A DNA stretch of 64,000 nt, taken from Pelagomonas calceolata. Its lineage: Eukaryota. Position 1 is the stretch's first letter. Every line of letters begins with the position of its first letter. Made by a program: the position numbers and the translations under genes. Of this stretch, positions 1-10,479 are shown one piece after another. Under the pieces are notes generated by a model. The model saw only the letters and a list, made by a program, of their open reading frames with translations, was not told the origin of the DNA and searched no databases. The stretch lies in assembly GCA_918797485.1 (NCBI GenBank), contig CAKKNE010000004.1, forward strand, positions 372,001 to 436,000. Direction: 5' to 3'.

Positions 1-123
1 CAGGTGCTCCGGCTGCGCGCCGAGCACCACGTCTACATGCTCGAGTCGGGCCGCCTCTCCATGGCCGGCGTCACTTCCAGTAATGTGGAGCCGCTCGCCG
101 CGGCGATCGCGGCCGTGCTCTAA
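1..123 (+). CDS. Aspartate aminotransferase, C-terminal end (partial)
   Basis: Frame 1 reads QVLRLRAEHHVYMLESGRLSMAGVTSSNVEPLAAAIAAVL*, matching the AspAT C-terminal H(V/I)YM..GR(I/L)SMAG pattern. Confidence 0.85.
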   Translation, partial: QVLRLRAEHHVYMLESGRLSMAGVTSSNVEPLAAAIAAVL

Positions 124-161
124 CAACTAGTGTGATATAGTTATACGCCAACCAACTACAC

Positions 162-758
162 CTACATGTGCATGTCCATGAGCGGCTTGTCGAAGAGCAG
201 CGTCTGGATCACCATGCCGACGAAGGCCATCATCGCCAAGCGCCCGTTCGTCAGCTCCCCGAGCATCAAGCGGTCCATCTCCGCCTTGGACTTGCCCTCC
301 TGGAAGCACAGGGGGTCAAATCCTAAATCCCACGGCGTCTCGCCGTACGTCTTGTCCGCCGTCGCGAGCTCGATCGCGCCCGCCAACATTAAGATTTGGA
401 GGTTCGCGGCCCACGGCACCGTCCAGGGCGCCGTGAGCGGCTTGAAGTTCTGGTAGTCGGCGCCCGGAATGTGCCAGTACTCCTGGATGATGAAGCCCAC
501 GCAGGCGAGCATCGCGATGCGGCCGTGCTTCACTTCCGCGCCGCGCGCGTACGTGAGGTCGACCTGGACCTCGGCTAACCGGAGGGGATCAAACCCGACG
601 TCGCCGACCATGGTCCCATCCAGCTTCTCGGGCCGTTTGAGGAAGGGGAAGGCCTCCGAGTTCTCGGCCCTCACAACAACAGGGGTCGACACGGGCGCCG
701 GCGCCAGGAAGGCGCCGGCCGTCGCGGCGAGCGTCGCCGCGGCGAGGAGGCGGGCCAT
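162..758 (-). CDS. Light-harvesting complex protein (fucoxanthin chl a/c binding, Lhcr-like)
   Basis: GDVGFDPL, AEVKHGRIAMLA and ELTNGRLAMMAF motifs; signal peptide plus AGAF-LAP plastid-targeting motif from the ATG at 758. Confidence 0.95.
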   Translation of the reverse strand: MARLLAAATLAATAGAFLAPAPVSTPVVVRAENSEAFPFLKRPEKLDGTMVGDVGFDPLRLAEVQVDLTYARGAEVKHGRIAMLACVGFIIQEYWHIPGADYQNFKPLTAPWTVPWAANLQILMLAGAIELATADKTYGETPWDLGFDPLCFQEGKSKAEMDRLMLGELTNGRLAMMAFVGMVIQTLLFDKPLMDMHM

Positions 759-1529
759 GCTCTGCCTCTGACCTGCGTGGGTGCCGTTCATGCCTCTCGT
801 GGCGTTTTGCGCGAAGTGTGTTTCTCTCGCCAAGGAGCGAGCGCCGACCGTCCGCGGCCGCTGGCTGCCGCGGTTGACCGCGGCGGCAGCGTCGGACGGC
901 CCCCGAGCCAGCGCACGCATGTGTCTCGCCGGAGTGAGATGTGGCTCGGCGGCAGCTGTTCGCCGCCCGCCGCGCCCGCGAGCCCCTAAGCGGCTGCGGC
1001 TGCACTGTTCCGCGCTCCGCCGCGCGGCGGCACTGGAATGAGCCAACGGCGCACGGTAACGCGTCGATCGGAATAGACTTGACGTCAAATCCGCCGTGCG
1101 AACCCAGCTCGATCCAGTGCTCGCCGTGCGCGCGTCGTGGAGCAGCGCCGTCGCGCCAGGCTCAAGAGGTGGTCACGTAGGGCACGCATGTGTATCAACT
1201 CGGCCATTTAACGCGTTCTACGCCGGTTGTGGACCGAAAAAAGGCTAAGCTGCAGTCGATCCAAAACCCGTCTCGACTCCATTTGCCCAAAAAAAAGCTG
1301 CGTGCTGACGCTCTTCCGGCGACGCTCGACGCCTGCTACGCGTCCGCAGGCCCGCGCGGCGTAGACGCTGAAAACCCGCGGCTTGGCTGCGAGCTTGCTG
1401 CGGAGCGGCCTGTGTTCTCGCCACTGCCACGATATCTGCATCGATTACGCTGCGTAAGATACGTCCGCTATCCCCTTACTGCAGCCCTTGCAGCGCTGCA
1501 GCTCGCTGCACCGCACAGCTTCAAAAACA

Positions 1530-1956
1530 ATGAGGCGCTCTCCCTTGCTGGCTCTCGCGGCGCTGAGCACCGCTTTCGTTCTGCCACAACAACCACGCCT
1601 TGCCGTCCGCGTCCGCGCGGACGAGATCGAAGCGGCAGAAGACGCCGCCGACGCGGAGCCGCGCACCGCGCCGGAGGTGAACAGCGGCGCCGAGGCCGTC
1701 GCGCTCCGTGCAGGAATCAAAGCGTCGCGGCGCGTCTCCCACGCCATCGCCGCGACCGGTTGATGGCGCGCAGGTCGAGCTCCTCTTCAAGGACCCCGAG
1801 GGCTACAAGCTCGCGCGGGACGAGTACAACAAGAAGATGAAGGAGGAGATCATGGAGGAGGGCGCCCCCGACAGGGCCTTCCTGCTCCAGGCGGCCGCCG
1901 TCGGGCTCGGGAGCTTCCTCTTCGGCTTGTACGGCCCGAAGCGAAAGGATGACTAA
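1530..1956 (+). CDS. Small plastid-targeted protein with C-terminal TM helix; exons 1530-1676, 1774-1956
   Basis: Signal peptide plus STAF motif; a GT-AG intron at 1677-1773 joins two ORFs in frame. Confidence 0.65.
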
Positions 1957-1960
1957 GAAA

Positions 1961-2800
1961 TTAGGAGAGCGCCTCGAAGGCCCGCTTGAGGCGCTCGAGG
2001 GCCAGGCCCGCGTCGCGCGCGTCGCAGGCCGCGATGGCGAAGCGGCAGCACTCGACGGCGTCGGCGAACTGCTGTTTGGAAGGCTGCCTTCCACTGCTGT
2101 TGATCGGCGGCGGCGCCTGCGGCGTCCACTGCCGCCGCGGCGGCGGCGCGAATGCAGGTGGTGGTTGGAAGGCCGGCGGCGACGGCGCCGACGGTTTGCC
2201 GGCCGGCGGGAGCTCGTCGTAGGCCGGCGGCGCGACCGGTGGAGGCAACGCCGTAGCGTCCGGGATGTCCGGTGTTGCTGGTGAGGCCGGCTCACTACCC
2301 CCAGGAGGCCCCGGCTCGGGCCGGACGCCGGCCTTCAGGCACTTGATGATGTCCGCGGCCTTGTATTTCGCGTAGCGACACTTTTCTTCCACTTCCTCGC
2401 CTCGCTCCCCAAACTGCGACAGGGCGTCGAAGAAGATGGACGCCGCGTAGAACGTCTTCGCTGTTGATTTGGAGGCCTTGCCCGCGCGATCTTCGGCGTC
2501 GGCCTTCGCAAACACATCTTCCGCGAATTGGCACAACACCTGCTCCTGCTCTTCCCGAGTTAAATCACCGAGCTTTTCTTTTTTGGACTCGAGCGTGTCC
2601 ATCAAACTTAGGAGGAAGGTCGTCGCGGCCTCGGCGTCACTCGCTTTGTCTCTGAGTGCTATGCCGAGCTCCATGGCGCGCTGGCGGCAGCAGTAGGCCG
2701 TCACGGACGCTTCTTGCGACGGGTCCCGATCTAACTCCTCCGCTCGTTGCAGGAAGGGCTTGGCCGGCTTGAACTCCGGCGGGATGGGCGGGAGCGGCAT
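1961..2800 (-). CDS. VTA1: Vta1/LIP5, ESCRT Vps4 cofactor
   Basis: N-terminal MIT region (KPFLQRAEEL, AYCCR, AKTFYAASIFF, KYKAADI), Pro-rich linker, C-terminal VSL-like helices. Confidence 0.9.
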   Translation of the reverse strand: MPLPPIPPEFKPAKPFLQRAEELDRDPSQEASVTAYCCRQRAMELGIALRDKASDAEAATTFLLSLMDTLESKKEKLGDLTREEQEQVLCQFAEDVFAKADAEDRAGKASKSTAKTFYAASIFFDALSQFGERGEEVEEKCRYAKYKAADIIKCLKAGVRPEPGPPGGSEPASPATPDIPDATALPPPVAPPAYDELPPAGKPSAPSPPAFQPPPAFAPPPRRQWTPQAPPPINSSGRQPSKQQFADAVECCRFAIAACDARDAGLALERLKRAFEALS

Positions 2801-2967
2801 CTTCTAGTTTGGGTCTCAGGGAGAGCGCTTGCTGCGGCGGCGTTTTTAGCCGTTCAAACGTGGTGGGCGCGCTTCTGGTGAAGGCTTGGGGTGCGCAGAG
2901 ACAGCCGGCGCGTTGTGAGCTGCACGGCGCCGCAAAAAAGGACTTGGCCGCGGGAGCAAAATAATGA

Positions 2968-2988
2968 CTAGCGTGTCGACACACTAGC
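2968..2988 (+). promoter_or_regulatory. Bipartite CTAGC..ACACTAGC upstream motif
   Basis: CTAGCGTGTCGACACACTAGC between divergent genes. Confidence 0.55.
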
Positions 2989-3371
2989 CTATCACCGGGC
3001 ACGAAAAGGAGACGTATACGATTCCTCGCAGGGAGTAGAAGGGCATTGGCGACTCGTCTGGCGGCTTCCCGCATGCCGCTGGGAAGCCAAAGAGCATTGC
3101 TGGGCTTTGCTTTGGCCTTGTACCGAGGCCGACGAGTAATAAGTGCTCGTTTCAGCTTCTAAGAGCCGCTAGATAACAGGTTTCGACTCTCAGCTCTCGA
3201 AACCGCCTTCCACCGCGCGGGAACACAACAAGCCTCAGCCCTCTGCAGCCCAGGCACTGGTAAGCCACCCGCAAGCCGCCGCCGTACAACAACTCTGCGA
3301 GAGGCAGGGACCAGGCAGCACCTCAGACTTCTCAGCCGTCGACGCCGCCGCGACCCAGAAAAAAAACAACC

Positions 3372-3848
3372 ATGAGCCAGATGCTCGCCGACCAAGGCAA
3401 AACCGCCCCGGTCGCCGAGGTCGTCCAATCACAACCACCGGCCTACGACCAGGCCGTCACCGCGACTGTGGTGCATGCCCAACCGATGGCGCCGCCCATG
3501 GTGGTGACCTGCCCGCCCGGCGTTACTGCGGGACAGCCGATGAGGGTTGTGGATCCAGGGACCGGCCAGACGATGCAGGTGACCGTCCCTAATGGTGTCA
3601 AGCCGGGCGGGCAGTTCCAGGTCCAGTTTCCCGCGCCCCAGCCCGTCGTGCAAGCACCGGCGCAGGGCCAGGTCGTCCACGTGCAAGGCCAAGTGGTCCA
3701 TCAGGCCGTCGCGCCGGCGTCGTCGGCGACGCGGCGCTGCCGCGGCTGCGGCGTCCAGTTCGAGCTGGACGCCAGGACGAACCCGGCCTCGGCGGCGGCC
3801 TTCCGGTGCAAGAAGTGCCGGCAGATCTCGTTCTCGAACTTCTTCTGA
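3372..3848 (+). CDS. Hypothetical protein with two V.(C/V)P.GV..G.Q repeats and a C-terminal CxxC..CxxC zinc ribbon
   Basis: 158-aa ORF after an A-rich leader; CRGC and CKKC motifs. Confidence 0.7.
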   Translation: MSQMLADQGKTAPVAEVVQSQPPAYDQAVTATVVHAQPMAPPMVVTCPPGVTAGQPMRVVDPGTGQTMQVTVPNGVKPGGQFQVQFPAPQPVVQAPAQGQVVHVQGQVVHQAVAPASSATRRCRGCGVQFELDARTNPASAAAFRCKKCRQISFSNFF

Positions 3849-4010
3849 GACCCCGTGTGTTCTAGACTCGCGAGCGCCGACGCTATCGCCGCGATCGCTG
3901 CAAGAGAAGCAAGGGAAATACCCGTGTGTAAGACTTGAAAACTTATCACATTTAACGCGTCGTCGCCTCCGAGCTTTAGACACTCGGGGCGACGGCGTGT
4001 GAGGGCCGAA

Positions 4011-5779
4011 CTACCGTATCCGCAGCTTGTCGAGGTTCGCCCAGTGCGTCTGGACGTCCAGAATACTATGTGCCGTGATCATGCCCGAGGCCGCGACGGC
4101 CGGGACCCCAATCCCGGGGAACGTCGAGTCCCCACACACGTAGAAGCCGTCGAGCGGTGTGGAATGGCCCATGAGCTGTCCTGAGGTGGCAGGCAGGAAC
4201 GGTCCATAGGTCCCGGCGTCTCTTCTATTAAATCGTCGATGGGTCAAGGGCGTCGCGGGCAGCGCGACCTTTACCCTTTGACGGACGTCGGGCACGTAGC
4301 GCTCGATGGCCCGCCAGAGGACCTCGACGGCTTGTTCTTTCGCCTCCCGGTAGGCCGGCGACTGGTAGCCACCGTCCGTGAGGAACTCTTCCCAGTCTTC
4401 AAAGGGCTCCGTCGCCGGCACGTAGGCGTGGATGACGTGGCAGCCGTCCGGCGCGAGCGACCTGTGCGGGAATCCTCGCGTCGACCCCCACGCCATAGAC
4501 GCGACGTCTGCTCCCTGGTTGATTTCCGCGCGGCACAAGACGGGTCGAGCATCGACGCCATGGACACGAGAACCAAGTTGCGCGGCGCGTCGACGCCGCG
4601 GCCCCAGTCGTCGAGTGCCGCCCACTGGGCCGGTAATGATTCGGACGGTTCTGTGGGCAGGCCCGTGGCGTCTATACCCACGTGTAAGTGTAAAAACGAG
4701 TCGCAGCGCGTCACCCTTGCCGCTTGTTTGTCGAAGTAGTCGACGAGCTTCGGGTGCTTTGGTATTAATTTCTGTGTGGTCCAGAGGTCCGCGTTCGAGA
4801 CCACAATCGGGGCGGATATGGTCTCGCCGGACGCCAGCTCCACGCCCGTCGTCGCGCCGTCTTCTGCCAGCACCTTGGCCACCGGCGCGTTGAGCCGCAG
4901 CTCGCCGTTCTTCCTAACGCCTCGTAACAAAGCGTCGATAATACTCTTGGTCCCGCCCCTCGGGAAATCCAGTACGACCCCGTCACAATAAAAGTCCGAG
5001 AGCATGTAGGCCATCAGCGTCGTCGGCGCCTCTTTCGTCGTCGCCCCCTGCAGCAGGAAACAGATCATGTCCAGCCAGTTCCGTAGAAAGGCATCGGTGA
5101 CGCCGCACTGGTCCAGGACTTCCGCGAAGGGTCTTGACAATGCCGGCGCGGGGCCCACGGCCAATAACGTGGCGAGCGACAGGCCGTATCTGCCCAACGT
5201 CACAGCGGCAAACGCGTCCTCGCGCACGGCCGCCGACGGCACGCCGAAGATGGCTTCACCGAGAGGTTCGACCCTCTTCATTAATGTGTCAAATTGTTCC
5301 GCGGCACCGGGTCCCGCGTACGTCGGCAGAATTCGTTCCTTGAAATCTTTGGCCCCGACGGCGGCGGCAAACGTCCCCTCCGGAAAGGCCGTGCCCCATC
5401 TATCATAAGTGAGCCACTCGGGCTCCTCGCCGATGATCTGGAAGACGTGCTTCAATGGATTTGGGCTCGCGTTTGGCGAGAGGCCCGCGTACAAGGAGGG
5501 CCCGTTTTCGAAGGTGAATCCTTGCACTTCATAATCATGTGCTACTCCGCCGGCGCGGTCGTGCGCCTCGCAGACGAGCACGCGCTTCCCAGCGTTCGCG
5601 AGGATGGCTGCACAGCTAAGTCCACCTATCCCGCTGCCGACGACGACGGCGTCCCATTCGTTAGTCGTTGCTGCACTGCTGGCGGCGCTGCTCGCAGTAA
5701 TGCGCCGCGTCGTCGGCGTCTGCGGTGCCTGCAGTGCGGCGGCGTGGCAGAGGCTGCAGAGGACCACAGCGGTGCGCAT
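4011..5779 (-). CDS. CRTISO-like FAD-dependent oxidoreductase (carotenoid isomerase/phytoene desaturase family); intron 4462-4541
   Basis: GSGIGG FAD motif, C-terminal GDSTFPGIGVPAVAASG; splicing restores MLDPSLAPDG. Confidence 0.9.
4462..4541 (-). mobile_element. Introner intron, family A, decayed copy
   Basis: An 8-nt GT-starting segment, then CCGCGCGGAAATCAACCAG ... GATTCCCGCACAG; core GCGTCTATGGCGTGGGGGTCGAC is shared with the other copies; TSD has diverged. Confidence 0.75.
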
Positions 5780-5898
5780 CGCTCTTCTCTTTTTGCGGGC
5801 GGCGAACCAGCGGACTGTGTGAGATCCCACTCGTTTTGCTAGACAAATAATGCTGTTGTGGCGGTGAACAGCAAAGCTGAGTCGGTCGCCTCGATTAA

Positions 5899-5920
5899 CT
5901 AGCGGCATGTAGACACTAGC
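5899..5920 (+). promoter_or_regulatory. Bipartite CTAGC..ACACTAGC upstream motif
   Basis: CTAGCGGCATGTAGACACTAGC between divergent genes. Confidence 0.65.
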
Positions 5921-5982
5921 AAGCAAAGCAAGCTGGACAAATCGACGACGCGCGACCCCTATACCGCTCACGCCAACGCAAA

Positions 5983-7149
5983 ATGATCCTCACAACTTGC
6001 GCCGCCTGCGCCGCCCCACTGGCCCACACCGCGCCGCGATGCGTAAGATGCCACACGAGATACTGTAACAAGACTTGCCAACATGACCACTGGCGCCGCG
6101 GCCACAAGCAGATGTGTAAGAAAATACACCGCGGCGGCAACGCGGAACAATACCACGCCGACAAAAAATACAAGGAGGCCGTCGCGGTCGCGGTCGAGGC
6201 GTGCGCAGACGACACGAAGGGCCAGACGTGCTACATCTGCACGCAGGCCCTCCACTGGAAGACGAAGGAGGGTCTCGTACGCGGGTGCTCGTGTCGCGGG
6301 ACGGCGGGTTTCGCGCACGTGTCGTGCTTGGCGGAGCAGGCGAAGATTTTGTGCGACGAGGCCGAGGAGAACAACTTGATGAACACTGATAGAGGTTGTG
6401 AGAGGTGGAGGCGGTGGGACACGTGTAACCTGTGCAAGCAAAGATACCATGGTGTCGTGAAGTACGCGCTCGGGTGGGCGTGCTGGAAGACGTACCTGGG
6501 CCGTCCGGAGGGCGACCGGTTTCGAATCTGGGCAATGGGCACGCTTGGGCAATCCATGCGGATGGTTGGTCATGTCCGGGAGGCCACTGTCGTCCTGGAG
6601 GCTTTGTTAGCTCTGATTGACCGCCAACCCGAAAAAGAAAAACATACACATACCGTCCTTAACGTTCAAAACACTCTTGCATCGCTCTATGGTCAGCAGG
6701 GGCGGCATGAAGAAGAGCTCTCCCTTCGCCGCAAAAACTATCCATTACTCAAGTTGATCGAGGGCGCAAACAGTCAAAATGCGCTCATCAGCGCCAATAA
6801 TCTCGGGTTGTGCCTACACCAGCGGGGAAGGCACGCCGCAGCAAGGGAAGCATTGCGCGAACCTCTGGCAGACGCGCGACGCACGTTCGGAGAGGACCAC
6901 TCTATCACGCTCAATCTTCGCGAGACTACCGCAGATGCTACTTCAGGGCTCGGCGGCGAGGCTAATCTGCGCGAGACCATCGCAATATATGAGGACCTCG
7001 TGACGCGGTCGCGGCGGGTGCTCGGGACTTCGCATCCCACGACACAGCAACGCGAACAATGTTTGCGGGAATTTCGAGCGTTCCTCACGGGAGGGGTCGC
7101 GGCAGTGTTGGCCGAGCGCCGCGCCCGCGGTGGTGGTGGTGGCGCGTAG
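5983..7149 (+). CDS. MYND zinc finger + RING-CH-like + TPR (kinesin-light-chain-type) protein
   Basis: CAAC..CVRC..YCNKTCQHDHW..H; CYIC..CSCRG..HVSC; TPR10/12-like repeats (FGEDHSITL, LGTSHPTT). Confidence 0.85.
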   Translation: MILTTCAACAAPLAHTAPRCVRCHTRYCNKTCQHDHWRRGHKQMCKKIHRGGNAEQYHADKKYKEAVAVAVEACADDTKGQTCYICTQALHWKTKEGLVRGCSCRGTAGFAHVSCLAEQAKILCDEAEENNLMNTDRGCERWRRWDTCNLCKQRYHGVVKYALGWACWKTYLGRPEGDRFRIWAMGTLGQSMRMVGHVREATVVLEALLALIDRQPEKEKHTHTVLNVQNTLASLYGQQGRHEEELSLRRKNYPLLKLIEGANSQNALISANNLGLCLHQRGRHAAAREALREPLADARRTFGEDHSITLNLRETTADATSGLGGEANLRETIAIYEDLVTRSRRVLGTSHPTTQQREQCLREFRAFLTGGVAAVLAERRARGGGGGA

Positions 7150-7217
7150 TCGCTTAAAATATGTCTGAATTCTATACTTGCGAAATATAATTAGATAATA
7201 AACGTCGAACGAACATA

Positions 7218-8768
7218 TCACCACTTGCGCTTCTGCCCCTTGCCGAAGCCGCCGCCGCGGCCGCGTCCGCGCCCGAAGCCACCGCGGCCGCGGCCGCGGC
7301 CCCGACCGCCCTTGCCGCCACCCTTGCCGCCCGCGCGCGACGTGAGCTCGGCCAACTCGGCCGGCACCTCCTGCCCCGCGTCTCTCAATATAGCCACCAA
7401 CACCCGGCCGTTGGCCTTGATGTCGTCTTTCGTCAGATACGCGTGCGCTTCACCTTTCTTTCCCGCCCGGCCCGTCCTCCCAATCCGATGAATATAGTCC
7501 TCGACGCCGGCCTTGCCCGAAGCGGCCGGGAAGTCTATTTGGACCACGTTCGTCACGTCAGACACGTCCAAGCCGCGCGCGGCGACATCAGTGGCAATAA
7601 GGCACATAACTTCGTTCCGCCGGAACTGGCCGATGACTCTGTCTCGTTCCCTCTGTTCTTTATCCCCATGGATGGAGTCGCACTTCAGGCCGGCGTACCA
7701 CAGTTCATTGGCCACCTCGTCGCAGGCTCTTTTGGTCGCTAGAAATACAATGGTCTTTGCCGAACCATCCTTATGTAACGCCTTCAGTCGCTCAATGGCC
7801 TTGACCTTCTTATCTCTCCACGACTCGACAATCTCCACGGTCTGCGTGACGTCTTTATTTGCTGTCAGTTTACCAGAGGCCGCGTCGCCGAACGAGACTC
7901 GAGTCGGCTCACCAGACACAAGGGTGCGAGCCACCTTCTGGACATCTTTCCCCCAGGTCGCCGTGAACAGCATGGTCTGGCGCGGCGGCATCCTTGATAC
8001 CACTTCCCGAATTTGCGGTTCAAACCCCATATCTAACATCCGATCCGCCTCGTCCAAGACTAGTACATCGACTTCGTTCAGGAAGATTTTCCCCTGGTTC
8101 TGGAGGTCGTTCAACCGGCCCGGCGTGGCCACGACGCAGCCCCGGTTGTTCAGCCACCTTAGTTTCTTAATCTGCTCCCACTTGGGCGCGCCGCCGTAGC
8201 AGCACGCCGTCGTGGCCCCGAAGCAGGGCGCGAACTTTGCGGCGTCGCTGGCGATCTGGAGGGCGAGCTCCCTTGTGGGTGCCATGACCACGATTTTTGG
8301 TGCTGCTATTGTACTTGAGTTGCGCTCGAACTTCTGCTCGATGCGGTGAAACGCTGGCAGTAGAAATCCAAGGGTCTTGCCACTCCCAGTCTTGGCGATG
8401 GAAATGAGATCCGTGCCCGTCAAAGCCAAAGGCCAGGACACGGACTGCGTCGGCGTCGGCTTCGCGAAGCCCTCCTTGGCGAGTTTTTGTTTACACGCGG
8501 CATTGAACGGCGCCTTGGCGAACTCGACGACGGGCACCGGCTCGCTTCCGCTGAGCTCGACGGCGTGCTCCTTCGCGAAGGCGGCGAAGCTCGTTTCCGA
8601 CGCGTCGGCGCGCTCCGTTTGTGGTAGTGCCGCGGGCTTCGAGAAGGAGTCGCTGCGCGGCTTCGGCTGCAGGAGCTTTTGTTTTTTGAGCGCTTTGCGC
8701 GCGGCGCGCTCCTCGGGCGTCTCGTTCTTGCGCTTCTTGGACTTCTTTTTCTCCTCGACGGCGGCCAT
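7218..8768 (-). CDS. DEAD-box RNA helicase (Dbp2/Dbp3-like)
   Basis: AKTGSGKT, PTRELA, DEADRMLDMGFE, HRIGRTGR motifs; Lys-rich N-terminus and RGG tail; start at MAAVEEKKK. Confidence 0.95.
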   Translation of the reverse strand: MAAVEEKKKSKKRKNETPEERAARKALKKQKLLQPKPRSDSFSKPAALPQTERADASETSFAAFAKEHAVELSGSEPVPVVEFAKAPFNAACKQKLAKEGFAKPTPTQSVSWPLALTGTDLISIAKTGSGKTLGFLLPAFHRIEQKFERNSSTIAAPKIVVMAPTRELALQIASDAAKFAPCFGATTACCYGGAPKWEQIKKLRWLNNRGCVVATPGRLNDLQNQGKIFLNEVDVLVLDEADRMLDMGFEPQIREVVSRMPPRQTMLFTATWGKDVQKVARTLVSGEPTRVSFGDAASGKLTANKDVTQTVEIVESWRDKKVKAIERLKALHKDGSAKTIVFLATKRACDEVANELWYAGLKCDSIHGDKEQRERDRVIGQFRRNEVMCLIATDVAARGLDVSDVTNVVQIDFPAASGKAGVEDYIHRIGRTGRAGKKGEAHAYLTKDDIKANGRVLVAILRDAGQEVPAELAELTSRAGGKGGGKGGRGRGRGRGGFGRGRGRGGGFGKGQKRKW

Positions 8769-9445
8769 CGCGATTACTGTGGCTGCTTGTGATGCTGCAG
8801 GACAAATGTGCAGTGTTCGCAGCGTAGCCGCAACGTTGCTAGACGCGGCTTGCTGTGCTCGAGTCGAGCTATATGGCGCTTCAATATGCGTTGCACGCGA
8901 AGTCCTGAATGCAGTTATGCGTGTGTTTGGCACCGCAGAGCGCCACGCTGCCTCGACCTCGCCCGTTTCGAGGCGCGGCCGTTTGCAAGTCGGACCAGCA
9001 AGAATCACAGTAGCCGTCCCGTAAGACTCCGTCCGACCGCCAGGCGTCGCGACGCGCCCCGACGACCGCACCGTCTGGGCCCCCCGAACCGCAGAGGCCG
9101 CGCTCTGCCTGTTGCAAAAGAGGAGCCGCGCGCGCGCGTAAACTGGCGCCAAGCCGCGCATATATGCGACCCCAGGCCGCGCACTCTCCGCGACACCGCC
9201 GGGCAGCCGCCGCCGGCCGCCGCCACCAGCGCACGGCCACGGACTACCAGCCGGTCTGGCACAGCCCGCCATCACCGAAGCGACCGGCGGCCAAACCGAG
9301 GCTCGCAGTCTACTCAGAATACAAGAGAGAACGAGCACGCGCAGCCCCGAAGGACGCCGCTAACTCACCTACAAACGACGAACCACCGCCGCCGCCCCCG
9401 ACGTTCGCGCGCATTTCTGGCCAGCATTTTGTGCCAAACCAGACC

Positions 9446-10315
9446 ATGGCCTCCAATAGCGACAACGGCGACGTGCACGACAAAGCCTTCCGCGCCGCGT
9501 TGGCCGAGGCGCTCTCCTTAGCGAGGGACCCCCGACATGTCGTCGCGTTATCTAGAGTATACGCCCACGCGGTGGGCGCGTCGGACCCCGACGACCCGCT
9601 CGCGAAGGCGGCGCTGGCGGCTGCGGACGTGGCCGTCGCCGAGGACCTGGCCGCGCCGACGCCGAGGGTCGTGCGCCGCGCGAGCAGCCCGAGCAGCCCG
9701 TACTCGCCGGTGCGCGCGAGTAGTAGTGTGGCGCCGGTGTCGCCGCCGCCGCCGATGCCAAGCGTGGAACGCGCGACGTCGCCGGGCGTCGCCCGCGTAT
9801 TGTCGGTGGGGCCGGATGCGAGGAGACCGCCCACGGCGCCCGCGCCGCCCCGACTCGCGTCCGGCGTCACCCGCGTGCCCTCGCCGGACCCGGACGCCAG
9901 GAGACGTACGCCGTCGCCGGACCCGGACGCCAGGAGACGCCGCACGCCGCCGCCCGACGAGCGCTCGCCGTCGCCCGAGCCGGCGGTCATGCCCTGCCAA
10001 CGCTCAAATCGGAAAGAATTGCGGGACAGGAAGCGCCAGGAGGAGCGCCGGTTCCGCAAGCTCCTAGCGAAAGCGAGAGAAGAGTCCGAGCAGAGGACGC
10101 CCCACAAGGGCACGTCGCGGGCGATCGCGCGCGTCATGCGGGATTTGGCAGCGGCGACGGCGGCGCTGGACGCGGCGTCGCGCATCTCTCAACAAGAAGA
10201 GGAGCCTGAGGAGGCGGCGCCGCCGCGGTTCCGCGGGCCCCTCCGCGAGGACGCGGCCGTGGAGAAACGGCGCGTCGCGCTGGAGCTGCTGCGGGACATG
10301 CGGTGTGGCCGGTAA
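9446..10315 (+). CDS. Hypothetical Ser/Pro/Arg-rich protein
   Basis: Open frame from MASNSDNG; internal PSPDPDARRR duplication; no recognisable domain. Confidence 0.55.
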   Translation: MASNSDNGDVHDKAFRAALAEALSLARDPRHVVALSRVYAHAVGASDPDDPLAKAALAAADVAVAEDLAAPTPRVVRRASSPSSPYSPVRASSSVAPVSPPPPMPSVERATSPGVARVLSVGPDARRPPTAPAPPRLASGVTRVPSPDPDARRRTPSPDPDARRRRTPPPDERSPSPEPAVMPCQRSNRKELRDRKRQEERRFRKLLAKAREESEQRTPHKGTSRAIARVMRDLAAATAALDAASRISQQEEEPEEAAPPRFRGPLREDAAVEKRRVALELLRDMRCGR

Positions 10316-10479
10316 TTATCATGGTGTGTTAGTAACTACGGCAATTGGGGCGGCGCGGCGGCGATGGCGTCGCGGGCCGCGATGGCGTCTCGACGGGCGC
10401 CGCCTCGACGCCGTCGCAGCTGCCGTCGCCGCGACCCACCGTTCGGCTCAACCTAGCACTACTAGTAAAAGCAAAGCAA

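Noticed and set aside
4011..5779. Possible identity with the fucoxanthin-forming CRTISO5 paralog
   Set aside because: The paralog cannot be assigned without a phylogeny; only family-level support
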